Assembly: GCA_009845425.1 (NCBI GenBank)
Contig: VXZQ01000001.1
Location: forward strand, 101,303-165,302
Length of the DNA: 64,000 bases
Direction of reading: 5' to 3'
DNA from: Holophagales bacterium
GTDB lineage: Bacteria > Acidobacteriota > Thermoanaerobaculia > Multivoradales > Multivoraceae
A model generated the notes under the pieces. The model did not search any database. It saw only the letters and a list, made by a program, of their open reading frames with translations, and had not been told where the DNA came from. Positions 59,125-64,000 of the stretch are shown one piece after another. Position 1 is the first letter of the stretch. Each line of letters begins with the position of its first letter. The translations under genes were made by a program, and so were the position numbers.

Positions 59125-59301
59125 ATGATTCGAGCTGAAGAACGCAACGACATCACGCCGCTGTGCCCGCACTGCGAGCATCCCGTGAGTGTCTACTTCC
59201 GGGAGATCTCGGGAATCCTGGGCAAGCGCTACCTCTACTTCTGCGCCCTGTGCAAGAAGGTGCTCGGCGTCTCGCACCGCAAGGGCTTCTTCATGGGGTA
59301 G
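59125..59301 (+). CDS. Small zinc-ribbon protein (58 aa)
   Basis: Strong GGAGGAGAGGAG SD; CPHC...YFCALCKKVLGVSHRKG (two CxxC). Confidence 0.75.
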   Translation: MIRAEERNDITPLCPHCEHPVSVYFREISGILGKRYLYFCALCKKVLGVSHRKGFFMG

Positions 59302-59312
59302 AACCGCCCGCC

Positions 59313-60565
59313 TCAGTCGATACGGAGGCGGTCGAACTCATCCCAGGCGGACATGTCCGACAGGACGACCTGATCGCCCGGAACCAATCCGTCCAGCACC
59401 TCGATCGTGTTGGCGGAGCTTCTGCCCAGGAGCACACGTGTGCGCGTAGCGCCGTTCCCCTCGCCGTCCAGACGGAAGAGACCGACCTCGCTCTCTTCCT
59501 GGCCGACGACGGGCCGACCGATGAAGACCACATCCTCCAGCCGGTCGAGTTCGATCGTGCCGGCCACGGTCAGGTCCGGCCGGGCGCCGCGCGGCAGGTC
59601 GCCTTCCAGTGCAACGTCGACCGTCACCGTCCCCTCTTCGACCGCCGGATCGATCCTGACCACGCTGCCGGGGACGACGCCGTTCCGCGTGTCGACCGCC
59701 GCGACCTGCCCGATCTGAACGTCCTTCGCCTGGGTTTCGGCGATTCGCAGTTCGGCCTTCAGCGCCGTCGGGTCTCCGACGCGGGCCAGACTCGTGCCCG
59801 CCGAAACGCGCTGCCCCTCCTCGACCGGCACCTGCTGGAGAACGCCTCGCATGCCGGCCCGGACCTGCAGGGCCGCGACCTGATCGAGCCGCAGTTGCCA
59901 GATCGCGCGTAGACGATCCACTTCCGCCCGCTCCACGGCGAGCTTGGCCGCCTTCGTCGTTTCCGCGATGCCGAGACGCTCCTCCTCCAGGGCGAAGCGC
60001 GTTTCATGTTCCCGCTTCGACGCCTGCGCTCGCTGGAGTTCGATCGCCGAAGCCAGACCGTCCTTCGCCAGCTCGGCGTCGGCGTCCGCCTCGAGCCGGG
60101 CAACGACGAGAGCAGCCTCCACGCTCGCGAGCCCCGCCTTCTGCATGAGCAGTTCGCTCTCCAGTTCGACCTTCCGGTTCTCGTAGCGGGCCTCGGCGGC
60201 GCGGAGGTTGAGTTCCGCTTCCCTGGCCTGGTGCTCGAGCTCCGGGTTGCTCAGTTCGACGATCACCGATTCCAGCGTCACCTTTGCGCCGGGATCGATG
60301 ACGATCCTCTCGACGGTGCCTTCCGTCGTCGCCGGAATCCACCGGATGTTCTCCGGCACCAGGGTTCCTCGCCCCCGCACTTCCCGCACCATCGGCCCGC
60401 GCCGCACCGTGTCGATGTAAAGCGCGTCGCGGTCGACCCGCGGCGCCGACGGCTGTACCTGCTGCAACCCGAGCGTGACCAGTACGAGCAGGAAGCCGCC
60501 GAGGGAGTAGTACGTCACCCGGCGGACCTTCTTCTTCCGCGCCAGGTCCGGTCTCGCGACGTCCA

Positions 60566-60566
<1 letters not shown>
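59313..60566 (-). CDS. Efflux/ABC periplasmic adaptor subunit (HlyD/MacA-like)
   Basis: MDVARP N-terminus, TM anchor, V.RG.M.REVRG.GTLVP, long coiled coil, beta-barrel domain, GL.PGD.V..SD. Confidence 0.88.
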
Positions 60567-61234
<668 letters not shown>

Positions 61235-61237
<3 letters not shown>

Positions 61238-61282
61238 GGTGTAGACAATCTACGTCATATGGAGTAGCTTGTCTACACCATG
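61235..61282. promoter_or_regulatory. Near-perfect 48-bp palindrome with two putative PadR boxes; bidirectional promoter
   Basis: CATGGTGTAGACAATCTAC-GTCATATGGA-GTAGCTTGTCTACACCATG spans both divergent start codons; each arm contains GTAG-N4-TCTAC. Confidence 0.75.
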
Positions 61283-61621
61283 ACGCCAGCAAGTCCCCGC
61301 AACCAGCTTCTCTACGGCACGCTGGACCTGCTCATCCTGCGCACACTGGTCTACGGCCCGGCGCATGGTCATGCGATCGCCGGGCACATCCAGCGCGTAT
61401 CGGAAGACGCGCTCCGCATCGAGACCGGCTCGCTGTATCCGGCCCTGCACCGGCTGGAGGCGCGCGGCTGGATCGCGGCGAAGTGGAAGACGTCCGACAA
61501 GGGCAAGCGCGCCAGGTACTACCGGCTCACCCGGACCGGCCGCCGGCAACTCGTCGTCGAGCAGTCGCGGTGGCAGCAACTCTCGGTCGCCGTGACCAGG
61601 GTGCTGCGTCCGGCGGACTGA
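61280..61621 (+). CDS. PadR family transcriptional regulator (acidobacterial type)
   Basis: GTLDLLIL..L..GPAHG..I, GSLYPALHRLE..GWI.A.W, RARYY.LT..GR.QL. Confidence 0.93.
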   Translation: MTPASPRNQLLYGTLDLLILRTLVYGPAHGHAIAGHIQRVSEDALRIETGSLYPALHRLEARGWIAAKWKTSDKGKRARYYRLTRTGRRQLVVEQSRWQQLSVAVTRVLRPAD

Positions 61622-61637
61622 GCCGGGAGACCAGGTG

Positions 61638-64000
61638 ATGCTGCGGCTCCTCTACAACCGTCTAGGCTCCATCTGGTCCCGGCGACACCAGGACGCCGAG
61701 CTCGACGAGGAGATCCGCTTCCACCTCGCCGCGGAAGCGGAAGAACGGATCGACGCCGGCCTGGATCCCGAACAGGCGCGCGCCGAAGCACAGCGCGACT
61801 TCGGCAACGTCCTGCTGACTCGCGAACTGACCCGCGAGGCCTGGGGGTGGGCACCGGCGGAGCGCTTTCTCAGGGACGTCGGCTCCGCGTTCCGGATGAT
61901 GCGACGCAATACCGGCTACACCTGCGCCGTGGTCCTCACGATGGCACTGGGCATCGGACTCAACGCTCCGATGTACGAGATGCTGTCAAGGCTCTTCCTT
62001 CTGCCGCCACCCCATATCGAGGACCCGAAGGGCGTTCATCGCGTCTGGCTGAGCCAGCGCGACGACTCGGAGAATCGCGGATCTTTCACGGGTCCCGCCT
62101 TTGCTCGCGACCGGATGCAGTGGCACGAGTTCAGCGCGCTGAGCGCCGACAACGGGCCCATCGGCGCGGTCGCGGGTTACACGGCTCCCAGATCCACGCC
62201 GAACGGACGCGGTCAAACCGCCGAGAACCTCAGGGTCTCCTGGGTCACTGGCGAGTTCCTGGATCTCCTGGGAGTAGAGCCCGCCATCGGCCGGTTGATC
62301 GGCCCGGACGACGACGACGCGGCGGCGACACCCGTCGCCGTAGTCAGCGACGGCTACCACCGAGAGAGGTTCGCCAATCCGCAGGAAGCACTCGACGCGA
62401 CGCTCGAGTTCGACGAACTCACGTACGTCGTCGTCGGCGTCCTACCGCCAGGCTTCTCCGGACCGGACCCAGGCCGAACGGATGTATGGCTACCACTCGA
62501 GCCCGCAGTAACGGCCGTCCGCGGCGACCAGTGGCGGGACTTCGGAAGTGGCTTCGACCTAACGCCCTTGGCCCGACTGCCGCCCGGTCAGACCGTGCAA
62601 GCCGCCAACGCCGCGGCGACCGCCGCAGTGCGGGCGGCACGCGCCGACTCACCGCGCGGGCTCCCTTGGGATCCCGAACCGACTGTGGCGCTGGGTCCCA
62701 TCCTGAGGACCCGAGGTCCCTCCTCGTTGCCCGGCCAGATGCGCCTGACTCTTGTCATAGGCGGCGTCACGCTGCTGGTCCTCCTCATTGCGACCGTCAA
62801 CATGTCCAACCTCCTGACGGTGAGGGTGGCGGCCCGCCGTCGCGAACTGGCCGTCCGCTACGCGCTCGGTGCCGGCAGATGGGGCGTAGGGCGCCTCCTC
62901 GCGATCGAGAGTCTGGTGCTCGCCACGGCCTCCGGCGCCGTGGCGTTGATCGTGGCCACGGTTGTCGGTCGCCTCCTGCGCCTGACGCTGCTGCCAGGAC
63001 ATCAGGGAACCGTGGACGCGCTGAACGTCACGGCTATCGGCTTCACGGGGATCGCCGTGCTTGCGGTCGGCCTCTGCGCGGCCATTGCGCCCGCCATGTA
63101 CGCGGCGAAGAGCCGGCAGATAGAGAGACTCGACAGTTCGCGAGGTGCCCGCGCACTCGGTACGCCGGTCCGCACCGGCCTGATCGTCGTTCAGACCGCA
63201 TTGTCGCTGGTCCTCCTCTGCGGGACTGCCGTCTTCTACCGCTCGTTCGAAGCGGCACGCCAGGTGGACATCGGTTACGCAAAGGAGTACCTGCTGACGG
63301 TTGAACTGGGGGAGTTCGGCGGTAGCCCGCTCGACGAGAGCACACTCAGCGCCATGGAAGCCCGGGTTCGGAATCTGCCAGGGGTGAGGGAGGTGGCCCA
63401 GGGCACGAACACGCCCATGGGCCGCATCGCGATGTTAGGGGGCCTCCGCGTGGAAGGACACGACAGCCCGCCGTTCCGCTACGGCCCCTACGTCAATCTC
63501 ACGTCAACCAACTTCTTCGACGTGGCGGGCCTGGAGGTTCTCGCGGGCCGCGGCTTCAACGAGTGGGACCGCGCGAACACCCAGGAGGTCGCGGTCGTCA
63601 ACGAGACGTTCGCCAAGCAGGCCTGGCCGAGCCGGAACCCGGTCGGCCGGTGCCTTTTCGTCGGCAGCGAGGCGACCGACTGCACGACGGTAGTAGGCGT
63701 CGTGGAGTCCGCGCTCGAGTTTGGTCTGCTGGCCACCGACGGCCATCCGGTCTACTTCCTGCCCATCTCCCAAACAACCTCAAGTACGTCGCTGTCCGGA
63801 TTCGCCGCCAGCCGGCGCGTGCTGATCGTCCGCACCCGCGACAACCCCGGAGAGGTCGCAACGCCGCTGCTCGGCGTACAGGCCGATCTGTTCCCGGATC
63901 TTCCGCGCCACACCGTGCAGAGCCTTCCTGCCATCTTCGCGTCACAGATCGAAACGTGGAGGATCGGAACGCGCCTGTTCGGCGCTTCCGCCGCTCTAGC
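61638..64000 (+). CDS. ADOP-type duplicated ABC permease (MacB-like), 3' end off the window
   Basis: Manual translation gives DAELDEEIRFHL...G.DPEQAR.EA.RDFGN, RD...AFR...R..G...VVLTMALGIG.N, VLLIATVN.SNLL..R...R.RELAVR.ALGA, LIVVQTALSLVLL; frame at the window end is consistent. Confidence 0.88.
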   Translation, partial: MLRLLYNRLGSIWSRRHQDAELDEEIRFHLAAEAEERIDAGLDPEQARAEAQRDFGNVLLTRELTREAWGWAPAERFLRDVGSAFRMMRRNTGYTCAVVLTMALGIGLNAPMYEMLSRLFLLPPPHIEDPKGVHRVWLSQRDDSENRGSFTGPAFARDRMQWHEFSALSADNGPIGAVAGYTAPRSTPNGRGQTAENLRVSWVTGEFLDLLGVEPAIGRLIGPDDDDAAATPVAVVSDGYHRERFANPQEALDATLEFDELTYVVVGVLPPGFSGPDPGRTDVWLPLEPAVTAVRGDQWRDFGSGFDLTPLARLPPGQTVQAANAAATAAVRAARADSPRGLPWDPEPTVALGPILRTRGPSSLPGQMRLTLVIGGVTLLVLLIATVNMSNLLTVRVAARRRELAVRYALGAGRWGVGRLLAIESLVLATASGAVALIVATVVGRLLRLTLLPGHQGTVDALNVTAIGFTGIAVLAVGLCAAIAPAMYAAKSRQIERLDSSRGARALGTPVRTGLIVVQTALSLVLLCGTAVFYRSFEAARQVDIGYAKEYLLTVELGEFGGSPLDESTLSAMEARVRNLPGVREVAQGTNTPMGRIAMLGGLRVEGHDSPPFRYGPYVNLTSTNFFDVAGLEVLAGRGFNEWDRANTQEVAVVNETFAKQAWPSRNPVGRCLFVGSEATDCTTVVGVVESALEFGLLATDGHPVYFLPISQTTSSTSLSGFAASRRVLIVRTRDNPGEVATPLLGVQADLFPDLPRHTVQSLPAIFASQIETWRIGTRLFGASAAL

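Overview
High-GC bacterial chromosomal segment with about 55 densely packed CDSs and no rRNA, tRNA, CRISPR array or transposase that I can see. The PadR/ADOP-type permease cassette, Oar-like TonB-dependent receptor, PSD1/DUF1501 pair and multiple PQQ beta-propeller enzymes suggest an Acidobacteriota-like organism, possibly a marine host (e.g. sponge) associate; this is inference. Contents from left to right: mevalonate genes (class I HMG-CoA reductase, IDI-2), moaA, nudC, assorted oxidoreductases and hydrolases, an orphan MT-A70 methyltransferase, aquaporin, frmA, an orphan infC with an ATC start, divergent Ku/LigD, a GGT plus MFS::TonB-dependent-receptor fusion opposite a YbdK/GCS2 ligase, a sterol C24-methyltransferase plus Neverland/KshA-like Rieske oxygenase operon, amidohydrolases, PQQ enzymes, two toxin-antitoxin pairs, DUF1553/DUF1501, DUF1214/sulfotransferase and a PadR-ABC-ADOP cassette. 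The two best candidates for an undescribed system are (1) the bacterial two-gene sterol-tailoring operon (29719-31963) and (2) a 1306-aa ORF joining an inner-membrane MFS transporter to an outer-membrane beta-barrel through an internal signal peptide (21483-25403). Two families of dispersed structured repeats and many apparently leaderless promoters are also visible. All assignments come from motif recognition by eye; no database searches were run.
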